DNA from: a virus
Direction: 5' to 3' (one strand)
IMG/VR virus record: IMGVR_UViG_3300034175_000081
DNA length: 51,677 bases
Both the position numbers and the translations under genes were made by a program. The notes under the pieces are model-generated. The model made no database searches. It saw only the letters and a list, made by a program, of their open reading frames with translations, and was not told the DNA's origin. The number at the start of each line of letters is the position of its first letter. The first letter of the stretch is position 1. Positions 8,136-16,027 of the stretch are shown piece after piece.

Positions 8136-8368
8136 CGCCGTTCGCGCAAATCATCGTCGGCATATCGCTGGCCGCCGTCACAATCGTCATCGTCGGCCTG
8201 GTCGCCGGGGCACTCGCCGCGCTGGTCGTCAATCGCCTGGAGCGGCGGCGCGAACGCCACCTGGCCGACTTCGTGCGGCGGCACCCGTGGGCGGGACCGT
8301 CCCGCCCGACGCTCGATAGCGAGCTGAACAAGGATCGCAGCGGCAAGGAAGGGCGCGAGGCATCGTAA
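8132..8368 (+). CDS. Small single-pass membrane protein (78 aa)
   Basis: ATGA overlap. The N-terminal TM segment is FAQIIVGISLAAVTIVIVGLVAGALAALVV. Confidence 0.7.
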   Translation: MTPFAQIIVGISLAAVTIVIVGLVAGALAALVVNRLERRRERHLADFVRRHPWAGPSRPTLDSELNKDRSGKEGREAS

Positions 8369-8450
8369 CCGCTATTGCGTGGGAACGAATAAAGCGTATT
8401 GGGGGCGGGCCGGGTGACCGGCTCGCCCCTTTCCGCAAAAGGAACCACGC

Positions 8451-8693
8451 ATGGCTGACAAGCCCGAAAACCCGCCCGCCTTTCCCGCTACAGGTGAAGG
8501 GCTTCGCAATCCGCTCTATAGTCAACTCGGAATGACGCTGCGCGATTACCTCGCCGCGAAGGCGATGGCCGCAGCGCTCGAAAACACGCCGCGCCTTTCC
8601 GAAGTCGACGCCCCGGCTATGATGCGCGCGGTCGCCGTCATTTCCTACGCCGCCGCCGACGCGATGCTGGCCGAACGGGAGCGCGGTCAATGA
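8451..8693 (+). CDS. Hypothetical protein (80 aa)
   Basis: ATG preceded by aaaggaacc. First gene of a translationally coupled chain. Confidence 0.7.
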   Translation: MADKPENPPAFPATGEGLRNPLYSQLGMTLRDYLAAKAMAAALENTPRLSEVDAPAMMRAVAVISYAAADAMLAERERGQ

Positions 8694-8923
8694 TCGCCCG
8701 TTTGACCGCCGCAATCCGCCGCCGCTTCGCCGCCTGGAGCGCGGTCGAGCAACCCGCCGAGACCGCCCGCCTGGCCAGTTTGCCCGACGACCGCCCGCAC
8801 AAGCACAACGGCCCCGGCTTTTGCGACGACTGTTACGAAGCGAACCAGCGCGCCCGCGCTCGCGCCGTCGCCGTCCCGCTCGCGCTCTATGCCGACCCGA
8901 ACGCCAGCGGGCACGGGCAATGA
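8690..8923 (+). CDS. Hypothetical protein (77 aa)
   Basis: ATGA overlaps at both ends. Confidence 0.65.
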   Translation: MIARLTAAIRRRFAAWSAVEQPAETARLASLPDDRPHKHNGPGFCDDCYEANQRARARAVAVPLALYADPNASGHGQ

Positions 8924-9579
8924 CCTCGCTCGGGTGGATCGTCGGCAACGGCGACGGCACGAAATGGCGCACCTGGACCGCGCTCGGCCCGACCTGGACC
9001 GACGACAAGGAACAGGCGACCCGATACCATCGGCGATGGGATGCCGAGGCCGTACACGCCGAGGATTGCGACGCGTGGCTGGTCGAGGAATACGAACCCG
9101 ACCCGGTCGCGCCAGCCAATGCCGCAAGCCGCGAAGCGCGGGCAGCGATCGACCGTGCAGCACGCTTCGCCAAGGGCCTTAACACGACACCCGAGGAACA
9201 CGACGACATCATGGTCGCGGTTGACCTTGCGCGCGCGGCCCTCGCCGACGAAGCCGCCAGCCAGCCGCGGGAGGGGGTGCTTGACCGGCCCGCTATTTTA
9301 GCGGCAGCGCGGGCATGGTGGGCCGCAAATATGCCCGCGAGCCACTTCAAAACCGCCACGATCAAAGGCGATGGCCGCGTTGACGTGCATTGGTTCGATA
9401 GCGACGAGAGTGGCAAGTACACCCTGCCGGTTGATTTCGCCGCCCTCCACGACACAGCCCCGACCGATCACGCGCAGGGAGGCGGGGAACACCGCACGCA
9501 CGGCGACAGCTCGGCAATCGACGACACGTCGCACCTGATCCCCTTCGAACCGACGGATGACCAGTGGCCGGTCGATTAG
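8920..9579 (+). CDS. Hypothetical protein (219 aa)
   Basis: ATG 8920 in an ATGA overlap; the ORF-track entry 8821..9579 is trimmed to this start. Confidence 0.65.
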   Translation: MTSLGWIVGNGDGTKWRTWTALGPTWTDDKEQATRYHRRWDAEAVHAEDCDAWLVEEYEPDPVAPANAASREARAAIDRAARFAKGLNTTPEEHDDIMVAVDLARAALADEAASQPREGVLDRPAILAAARAWWAANMPASHFKTATIKGDGRVDVHWFDSDESGKYTLPVDFAALHDTAPTDHAQGGGEHRTHGDSSAIDDTSHLIPFEPTDDQWPVD

Positions 9580-9788
9580 GGGGTCGCCCGCGGAAACAGC
9601 GCACGCCCGCCGAGCTGGCCGCGCAACAGGCGCGCGAGGGCCGGCGGGTGCTGTCGGTGCGCGACCACCCCACGCAACCCTTCCGCGAAATCGTGTCGCT
9701 CGCATGCGGTCACGACCTGGTCAGGGCGAGGCGGCCGAAGTCGCCGACCCGCTTAGTTATTTGCACGAAATGCGAGGGCATCGAATGA
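9564..9788 (+). CDS. Small basic protein with GRPRK N-terminus and C-terminal Cys pairs (74 aa)
   Basis: GTG 9564. Sequence MAGRLGGRPRKQRTPAEL...ACGHDL...VICTKCEG. High GC3. The stop overlaps the next ATG (ATGA). Confidence 0.55.
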   Translation: MAGRLGGRPRKQRTPAELAAQQAREGRRVLSVRDHPTQPFREIVSLACGHDLVRARRPKSPTRLVICTKCEGIE

Positions 9789-10135
9789 CGAACCCGTGGG
9801 AACGCAACGAAGGCCGGTTCGACAAGCCGTCGTCGACCAGGCCCGGCCAGGCCGAGGCATACGCGCCGAAGCCGGCACCGACACGGCGGCCGAAGGGCGA
9901 GCCGGGCGGGATCATCGGCAAGTCGCCCGATCGCGTCATCATCGACGACCCCCACGCGACTGCGCGCGGGGCCGGCGTGCTCCCGCCCCGCCCGTTCATC
10001 GGTTCATCGCAAGCCGAACAGGTGGCCTATTGTCGCGCCATTCGCGCCGGGATCGGCGAGGCGATTGCCACCCTGGAGGCCAAGCTACCGCCGAAGCGCG
10101 AGCGCACCTTCCGCATCAACGTGAAGCCGCGATGA
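9785..10135 (+). CDS. Hypothetical protein (116 aa)
   Basis: ATGA overlaps at both ends (9785 and 10132). Confidence 0.65.
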   Translation: MTNPWERNEGRFDKPSSTRPGQAEAYAPKPAPTRRPKGEPGGIIGKSPDRVIIDDPHATARGAGVLPPRPFIGSSQAEQVAYCRAIRAGIGEAIATLEAKLPPKRERTFRINVKPR

Positions 10136-10398
10136 TCGGCGACAGCGTTCACCCCTTGGCCGCCATCGCCAAGGCCGCCCCCTTCGTCGACGCCAGCTTT
10201 GACCAGGCCGGCGGGAAATGGCGACCGTCGGAATTGATGAAGCTGGTCTATTTCGTCACGTCGACCAGCGGCCGCCGTGACGCCGTCGACCATGCCGACG
10301 AAGCGGTGCGCGACCTATTGAATGAAGCGCGCAACCGCTACGCCGCCGGGTTCTACGCCGACCCCTTCGCCGAGCCGGTCCAGGTGCGGCCGCAATGA
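10132..10398 (+). CDS. Hypothetical protein (88 aa)
   Basis: ATGA overlaps at both ends. Confidence 0.65.
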   Translation: MIGDSVHPLAAIAKAAPFVDASFDQAGGKWRPSELMKLVYFVTSTSGRRDAVDHADEAVRDLLNEARNRYAAGFYADPFAEPVQVRPQ

Positions 10399-10574
10399 TC
10401 CCGACGCACGTCGCTGACGCCTATCACCAGGCAATCGACAACCGGCTGGACCCGCACGCCGCCGCGTTCAGGGCGCACTTCGGCGACCTGGAGCGCAAGG
10501 CCGGGTCGCTCGCCTATGTCACCGTCACCGACTGGATTCACCAGCTCGACCAACGAAGGAAGGCCCGCCGATGA
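10395..10574 (+). CDS. Hypothetical protein (59 aa; below the ORF-track cutoff)
   Basis: Hand translation gives MIPTHVADAYHQAIDNRLDPHAAAFRAHFGDLERKAGSLAYVTVTDWIHQLDQRRKARR. ATGA overlaps at 10395 and 10571 fill an otherwise empty gap in the coupled chain. Confidence 0.55.
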   Translation: MIPTHVADAYHQAIDNRLDPHAAAFRAHFGDLERKAGSLAYVTVTDWIHQLDQRRKARR

Positions 10575-10819
10575 AAATTGACACCGCCGCCAAGGCGAAA
10601 CGCCACCTGTTAGGGGTCGAGATACCCCGCGACGAATTGGCGTTCAGATTGATGCAAGCGGCAATTGGCACAAAGCCCCCGCCAGGAACAACGGCAGCGG
10701 AAGCGATGCGCGACGCCGAGGCGTTCGACCCTGGCATGGCCGAGAGCTTTCGCCGGCAAGCCGAGGCCGCCGCCGTCTATTTCGCCGAGTGCATCAACGC
10801 CGCGAAGGCGGTCAATTGA
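10571..10819 (+). CDS. Hypothetical protein (82 aa)
   Basis: ORF track; ATGA overlap upstream and TTGA overlap downstream. Confidence 0.65.
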   Translation: MKIDTAAKAKRHLLGVEIPRDELAFRLMQAAIGTKPPPGTTAAEAMRDAEAFDPGMAESFRRQAEAAAVYFAECINAAKAVN

Positions 10820-10968
10820 CCCGCGCGCTGTTGCTCGCGCTCGCCCTGGTCGGGTGCGCGCCGTCGTCGCCGCAAGCTCGGCGCGAAAGGCTGACGGCCG
10901 AGTGCATACACGACGGGCACAACCCGCACGACTGCGCGGCCGCCTGGCGCGATGCCATCCCGCAATGA
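10816..10968 (+). CDS. Small lipoprotein (50 aa; below the ORF-track cutoff)
   Basis: TTG start in a TTGA overlap. Hand translation gives LTRALLLALALVGCAPSSPQARRERLTAECIHDGHNPHDCAAAWRDAIPQ, with lipobox L-V-G-C. The stop overlaps the next ATG (ATGA at 10965). Confidence 0.5.
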   Translation: MTRALLLALALVGCAPSSPQARRERLTAECIHDGHNPHDCAAAWRDAIPQ

Positions 10969-11159
10969 TCGGCGAAACCCCGATCCGACGCGAGGCCCGC
11001 AACCGCTACGCCGACGCCGTCGCCGCCAAGGGGCCGGCCTGGCGCAACGCCGCGGATTCGGTGCGCGCCGGGACCTATGCTAACCCGTGGATATTGCTCG
11101 GCATCGACGCGGTCGAAGCCACCTTGCGCAACCCCGAATTGAGCGAGTCCGATGCCTAG
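10965..11159 (+). CDS. Hypothetical protein (64 aa)
   Basis: ATG 10965 in an ATGA overlap. This is the C-terminal part of ORF-track entry 10665..11159 (MIGETPIRREARNRYADAV...). Confidence 0.55.
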   Translation: MIGETPIRREARNRYADAVAAKGPAWRNAADSVRAGTYANPWILLGIDAVEATLRNPELSESDA

Positions 11160-11721
11160 CCAACTTCCCGAGCCGCACGACTACGAAAATTGCCCCTACC
11201 CAGAAATCATCAACCCCCTGGTCGGGGTCGACAAGGCGGGACGATCGTCCGTTGACGGCCTGACCAAGCGGCAACGCGACTTTTGCGAAGCCGCGCTCGA
11301 TTTGATGCAAAAGGGGGAACATCACTGGAAGCGCGCGGCCGCGCTGGCCGCCGGTTACTCGGATTCGTGGGCGGCCTCGGCGGCATGGCAGATGATGCGG
11401 AACCCGGCGGTTCAGGAATATATCGGTTCGGCCCTGGCCGGTGCCGCGTCCAAAACGAAGGTCGACCGTTCCTATGTCTTGGCCAAGGCCCTAATCGGGG
11501 TCGAGATTGCCGAGGGCAAGGGCGACTTGCGCGCCATGCAGCGGTTCGTCGACATCGTCGCGAAGCACGTCGACGTTCAAGCGTTCACCCCCGACCCCGC
11601 GCCTGGTGCGCCCGGCGCTTCCGTCAACGTTCCATTCGGCCTAGACAAATTGTCGACCGATGAAAAACGCACCTTCCTCGACCTTCTCACCCGAGCAACC
11701 GCCGGGGTTGATCCCGTCTGA
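11152..11721 (+). CDS. terS: Terminase small subunit (Terminase_2-like)
   Basis: LTKRQRDFCEAALDLMQKGEHHWKRAAALAAGYSDSWAASAAWQMMRNPAVQEYI matches the small-terminase pattern (LT.kq..F...y.....qAa..AGYs...A...a..ll.np.v..yi). Lies directly upstream of the large subunit. Confidence 0.8.
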   Translation: MPSQLPEPHDYENCPYPEIINPLVGVDKAGRSSVDGLTKRQRDFCEAALDLMQKGEHHWKRAAALAAGYSDSWAASAAWQMMRNPAVQEYIGSALAGAASKTKVDRSYVLAKALIGVEIAEGKGDLRAMQRFVDIVAKHVDVQAFTPDPAPGAPGASVNVPFGLDKLSTDEKRTFLDLLTRATAGVDPV

Positions 11722-13396
11722 CCTGGTCGAGGCGCTTCGCGCTTCGATCCGTGAGGACGAACAGCGCGAGCAACGGGACGCCCTGAACCGCGACGCCGAG
11801 GCGATCCGGCGCAAGTGCAAGTCACTCTATCAGTTCGTGCAAGCCGCCTGGCCGATCGTCGAGCCGGGAACGACGTTCGTCGGCGGGTGGGCGATCGAAG
11901 CGATATGCGACCACCTGGAGGCGGTCAGCCGCGGCGAAATCAAGCGGTTGCTGATTAACGTCCCGCCCCGCATGTCGAAGTCGACAATGGTCGCCGTGTT
12001 CTGGCCGGCCTGGGAATGGGGGCCGCTGAACAAGCCCCACCTTCACTACCTCACCACGTCGTTTTCGGGTCCGAACATCATTCGCGACACCGGCAAAATG
12101 CGGTTGCTGGTCGAGTCCGAATGGTTTCAGCGGCTATGGGGCGACCAGGTCCAGCCGACGGACAAGTGGGGCGAAAAGCTCATCATCAATTCGGCCCGCG
12201 GCCAGCGCGAGGGTCGACCCTTTTCGAAGCTGACCGGCGGCGGCGGCGATCGGCTGATATTCGACGATCCCCACGACACGGAGGCCGCGGAGTCGTCCGT
12301 CCAGCGCAACCGGGTCGTGAAGACGTTTCGCGAGGGCCTATCGGATCGACTGCGCGACCCGAACAATTCTGTGATCGTCGGCGTCATGCAACGGCTTCAC
12401 GAATCCGACGTGTCGGGCGAAATCCTTCGGCTTCGGTTGCCCTATGTGCACCTGAACCTACCGATGGAATTCGAGGCCACCCGCAAGGAAGGCAACCGCC
12501 TGGTCAGTGCCCGGTGTCGCACGTACATCGACGGCGAGCTGTTTTTCGAAGACCCTCGGCAGAACGAAGGCGACTTGCTGTTCCCCGAACGGTTCAGCCG
12601 CGCCACCGTCGAGGCGACGAAGATCGTTAAGGGCGCGTATGCGTGGGCGGGTCAGTACCAGCAACGGCCAGCCCCGCGCGACGGCGGCCTGTTCAAGCGC
12701 GAATGGTTCGAAGGCGACGGCAGCGAAGGGTCGAGCCGGATCATCACCGACGGCAAAATCCCGGCTTGCACCCGTTGGGTTCGGGGGTGGGATTTCGCCG
12801 CGACCGCGAAGACGGCCGGGACCGATCCCGACAACACGGCAAGCTGTCTTATGGGGCGGACCCGCGACGGCCGCTACATCATCGCCCACGCCGGCCAGTT
12901 CCAGGAAGGCCCCGCGCAGACCGAACGCAACGTGAAGGCCCTCGCCGAAAACGACGGCAAGGGGGTGACGATCCGCATTCCCGAGGACCCCGCGGCCGGC
13001 GGCAAATACCTGGTGCGCGACATGATCCGGCTTTTAGCGGGTTGGGTCGTGCGCGTGGTGCGCGTTGCCGGGTCGAAAGAGGCCCGCGCCGGCCCCCTGG
13101 CGACGCAAGCCGAGCACGGGAACGTTTACCTGGTCGCGGGCAATTGGGTGGCCGAATGGCTCGACACCGTATGCAATTTTCCGAATGCGCGTTACGACGA
13201 CCTGGTGGACGCATCGGCCGACGCCTTCAATGAATTGTCGCCCGCGGCGAAGGACTCGCGCCACGCGGGGGCGGGGAACGATCGCAAGATGACCGGTCTA
13301 ATCGAAGAAACACAGGACGCCGAGCTAGCGCGACGCATCCACGCCACGAACCGAAGCGCTATCAGTGCACCAGGCCGAGCAAGGGGCATTTTATGA
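11660..13396 (+). CDS. terL: Terminase large subunit
   Basis: Walker-A-like NVPPRMSKST and Walker-B LIFDDPHD. C-terminal nuclease-like region (GWDFAATAK...DDLVDASADAF). The start is ambiguous: ATG 11660 overlaps terS by 62 nt, and TTG 11708 is the alternative. Confidence 0.85.
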   Translation: MKNAPSSTFSPEQPPGLIPSDLVEALRASIREDEQREQRDALNRDAEAIRRKCKSLYQFVQAAWPIVEPGTTFVGGWAIEAICDHLEAVSRGEIKRLLINVPPRMSKSTMVAVFWPAWEWGPLNKPHLHYLTTSFSGPNIIRDTGKMRLLVESEWFQRLWGDQVQPTDKWGEKLIINSARGQREGRPFSKLTGGGGDRLIFDDPHDTEAAESSVQRNRVVKTFREGLSDRLRDPNNSVIVGVMQRLHESDVSGEILRLRLPYVHLNLPMEFEATRKEGNRLVSARCRTYIDGELFFEDPRQNEGDLLFPERFSRATVEATKIVKGAYAWAGQYQQRPAPRDGGLFKREWFEGDGSEGSSRIITDGKIPACTRWVRGWDFAATAKTAGTDPDNTASCLMGRTRDGRYIIAHAGQFQEGPAQTERNVKALAENDGKGVTIRIPEDPAAGGKYLVRDMIRLLAGWVVRVVRVAGSKEARAGPLATQAEHGNVYLVAGNWVAEWLDTVCNFPNARYDDLVDASADAFNELSPAAKDSRHAGAGNDRKMTGLIEETQDAELARRIHATNRSAISAPGRARGIL

Positions 13397-15555
13397 GTCC
13401 GACCGATTATCGACTTGGGCGCGGATACCGCGAAAGCCTGGCCAAACAGGACGCCGGCCCGTTGCGCCAGGCGTCGCCGGCCGACGCCGGGCAAAAGGCC
13501 GACACGACCGGGACGATGTTCAGTCGGGCGTATGACGGGTTCGCGGCGGGTGCGTCATGGCTCGGCCAGCTCGCATTGATGAACGACAGCGTGTTGCAAC
13601 GTGAGGGCACGCGCGACCTAAAGCTGTTCAATGCGTTGCTCGACGACGACGTGGCCGCGACCGCCTTCGGTCAACGCCAGCTCGCGCTTGTAAAAGCCCC
13701 TTGGGTTGTCGAGCCGGGCGACCCCGACGACCCCCGGTCGGTCCTGGCGGCCGATGACCTTCGCGACATGATGAAGGTCGTCGGGTGGGATCGCGTTACC
13801 AAGTTGATGTTCTATGGCCGCTGGTTCGGATACGCGGTCGGCGAGTTCCTGTTCGAAATGCGCGTGCACAACGGTCGAACGATCGTATGGCTTCGCGACG
13901 TGGTCGTGCCCGATCGCAATTGGTTCCGGTTCACGAATGCCGGCGAGCTGCGGATGATAACGCCGAGCGACGCCGACGGCGTGCCCGTGCCGGCGAACCG
14001 GTTCTGGACCTATCGCACCGGTGCCACGCACGACTTCGAACACTACGGACTCGGCCTCGCCCATTGGTGCTACTGGCCGATATGGTTCAAGCGCAACGTT
14101 ATGCAGTTTTGGGCGCTGTATCTGGAGAAGTTCGGCCAGCCGACGGCGGTCGGATACTTCGAACCAGGGGCCGACCAAGACGAAATTGACAAGGTGCTGG
14201 CGGCCGCGAAGGCCATCGGCCAGGATTCGGCGGTCGCCTTCCCGGCCCCGCCGAGTTCGGTCGAGGGTGCCGGCGGCCCCGACCTTCGCCCCCACCTGAT
14301 CGAAGCGCAACGAAGCGGCTCGGGTGCCGAGTCCTATGACACGTTCACAAGCAAGATGGATGACGCCTTGCGCGGGATCATCATCGGCCAGCCTGGCACG
14401 TCGCGTTCGGCGTCGGATGGCCTGAACGGCAGTCAGGCCGAAGTTCACGAAGGCGTCGCGGCGACGCTGGTGACGGCCGACAGCGACGAATTCCACGAGT
14501 CCTACAGCCGCACCGCGCCGGCATGGCTGACCTTGTGGAACCACGGCCCCGACGTTGCCGCGCCGATCGTGTCGCGCAACTTCGAACAGAAGGAAGGCGC
14601 GGACACAATCGCCGAGCGCGATACCAAATTGAAGGCCCTCGGGTGGGATCGCACCGAAGACTCCTTCCGCGAAACCTACGGCGACGGATACGAAAAGGCC
14701 CCGCCGCCCCCGCCGCCCGTGATGCCAGGCGTGCGACCTGGTCGAGCTGGCCTTCCTGGTGCGGCGAACGACAACCCCGCCGACAAGCGGGTGGCCGTGT
14801 TCGCGGCTGGTGACCCTCGCCCCCTCTATATCTCGCGCAAGCTGCTGAACGGCGCGGCCCTGCTGAAATGGGCGAAGGAACAGGGCTTCACGAACCTGGT
14901 CGACGCCGACGAATTGCACGCGACGATTTGCTACAGCCGCACGGCCGTCGACTGGTTCGCGATGCCGTCCGACTGGTCGAGCAATGACGACGGAAGCGCC
15001 ACGGTCGAGCCTGGCGGCCCCCGCAAGGCCGAGCGCTTCGGCGACGACGCGGTCGTGCTCATGTTCAAATATTCGCGGTTCGCCTGGCGGAACGAAGAAT
15101 TGGTCGAGGCCGGCGCATCGCAGGACTATGACCCGTATCGGCCGCACGTCACCTTCGCCAAGGGCGAACAATCGGTCGACCTGGACAAGGTCGCGCCCTT
15201 CACGGACGCGCTCGAATTCGGTCCCGAGATATGGGAAACGCTCGACACCGACCCGCTTCACGGGGCGCTTGCGCCGACGTTCAGCGCGGCCGAGCTGGAC
15301 CGGATCGACGCTCTTGCGGCCGGCCTGGTCGCCGACACGGACCCTCTGTTTCAAGCGATGGGATCGGCAATGGCCTCGCGCGTGGCCGAGTTCGAAAGCG
15401 GCGGCATGCCGATGACCCCCGAAGCGTTCCGCGTGGCGATGCTCCAGACCTTCGAAACGCTCCCGCTGGACAAGGTCGCGAAGCTGCTAACCGTCCCGAT
15501 GGCCACCGCGCACGCCGCGGCCGCCGCTGGCGTCGAAGGATCGGTGACCGCGTAA
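13393..15555 (+). CDS. Portal protein (DUF935/Mu gp29-like) carrying an inserted 2H-phosphoesterase-like module
   Basis: ATGA overlap with terL. The core (DLKLFNALLDDDVAATAFGQRQLALV...WFGYAVGEFLFE...YLEKFGQPT) resembles DUF935 portals. At 720 aa it is longer than I would expect for a portal of this family (from memory; no comparison made), because of the segment at about 14800..15270. Confidence 0.85.
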   Translation: MSPTDYRLGRGYRESLAKQDAGPLRQASPADAGQKADTTGTMFSRAYDGFAAGASWLGQLALMNDSVLQREGTRDLKLFNALLDDDVAATAFGQRQLALVKAPWVVEPGDPDDPRSVLAADDLRDMMKVVGWDRVTKLMFYGRWFGYAVGEFLFEMRVHNGRTIVWLRDVVVPDRNWFRFTNAGELRMITPSDADGVPVPANRFWTYRTGATHDFEHYGLGLAHWCYWPIWFKRNVMQFWALYLEKFGQPTAVGYFEPGADQDEIDKVLAAAKAIGQDSAVAFPAPPSSVEGAGGPDLRPHLIEAQRSGSGAESYDTFTSKMDDALRGIIIGQPGTSRSASDGLNGSQAEVHEGVAATLVTADSDEFHESYSRTAPAWLTLWNHGPDVAAPIVSRNFEQKEGADTIAERDTKLKALGWDRTEDSFRETYGDGYEKAPPPPPPVMPGVRPGRAGLPGAANDNPADKRVAVFAAGDPRPLYISRKLLNGAALLKWAKEQGFTNLVDADELHATICYSRTAVDWFAMPSDWSSNDDGSATVEPGGPRKAERFGDDAVVLMFKYSRFAWRNEELVEAGASQDYDPYRPHVTFAKGEQSVDLDKVAPFTDALEFGPEIWETLDTDPLHGALAPTFSAAELDRIDALAAGLVADTDPLFQAMGSAMASRVAEFESGGMPMTPEAFRVAMLQTFETLPLDKVAKLLTVPMATAHAAAAAGVEGSVTA
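14800..15270 (+). other. 2H phosphoesterase-like domain (dual H-x-T motifs) inside the portal ORF
   Basis: LHATICYS (His codon 14917..14919) and RPHVTFAK (His codon 15145..15147) lie 76 residues apart. The segment is preceded by a PPPPPP hinge (14701..14718). Confidence 0.6.
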
Positions 15556-15556
15556 C

Positions 15557-15769
15557 GTGCGTCACCGATCCCGGCTTCCCCTGACCAAGCGCTTGCGGGG
15601 CGGAACCGCGGGCCTGGTCGCGGCAACCGGGCACGACCTGGACGATGGCGAACCACCCGAACCGACCGACCACGACCGCGGCCCACGGGGCACCCCGTCG
15701 GACAAGCGCCAGCGGGACCGCCGGGCGCACCGGAAGCGGCGCAAGGATGCCAAGCGCTCGCCGTTCTGA
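15557..15769 (+). CDS. Small very basic protein (70 aa), putative
   Basis: GTG sits 1 nt after the portal stop. Third-position G/C is very high in this frame and only moderate in the one other forward frame I checked. The C-terminus is KRQRDRRAHRKRRKDAKRSPF. Confidence 0.45.
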   Translation: MRHRSRLPLTKRLRGGTAGLVAATGHDLDDGEPPEPTDHDRGPRGTPSDKRQRDRRAHRKRRKDAKRSPF

Positions 15770-15801
15770 TAGGTGACGGCCTCCACAAGGGAGGCCATTC
15801 A

Positions 15802-15975
15802 ATGCGCGCTATCATTTCCAAACACCTGACCGGCGCATTGCTCGCGCCTGGTGCCCTGATCGCCCTATCGGCATGCGACCGCACGTCGACCATCAACCCC
15901 CCGCCCGCGAACAGCTCGACCCCCGGCACGAACACGACCGCGCCGCACGAACCGGCGATGCCGTCCGACGATTGA
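15802..15975 (+). CDS. Small lipoprotein (57 aa; below the ORF-track cutoff)
   Basis: Strong SD aagggagg (15787..15794). Hand translation gives MRAIISKHLTGALLAPGALIALSACDRTSTINPPPANSSTPGTNTTAPHEPAMPSDD, with lipobox L-S-A-C. Confidence 0.6.
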   Translation: MRAIISKHLTGALLAPGALIALSACDRTSTINPPPANSSTPGTNTTAPHEPAMPSDD

Positions 15976-16027
15976 CCGCCTGGCGGCCCCACTGGCGACG
16001 GTGGGGCCGTTCGCGTACTAAGCCCCG

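Noticed and set aside
8374-8390. ATTGC-N7-CGAAT in the 8369..8450 intergenic gap as a sixth operator
   Set aside because: The left half-site has two substitutions (a transposed CG). It may be a degenerate site but cannot be supported from sequence alone.
13618-15354. 578-aa ORF on the minus strand, antisense to the portal gene
   Set aside because: Arg/Gly/Val/Pro-rich low-complexity translation with no motifs. It lies wholly inside a well-supported gene whose frame carries the GC3 signal. This is a typical shadow ORF of a high-GC genome.
15556-15801. tRNA or structured ncRNA in the larger intergenic gaps (also 28310..28457, 45266..45360, 47447..47584)
   Set aside because: I could find no cloverleaf-compatible arms, anticodon-loop context or conserved T-loop (GTTCRANYC-like) sequence by eye. 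The 15557 frame instead shows strong coding-type GC3 bias.
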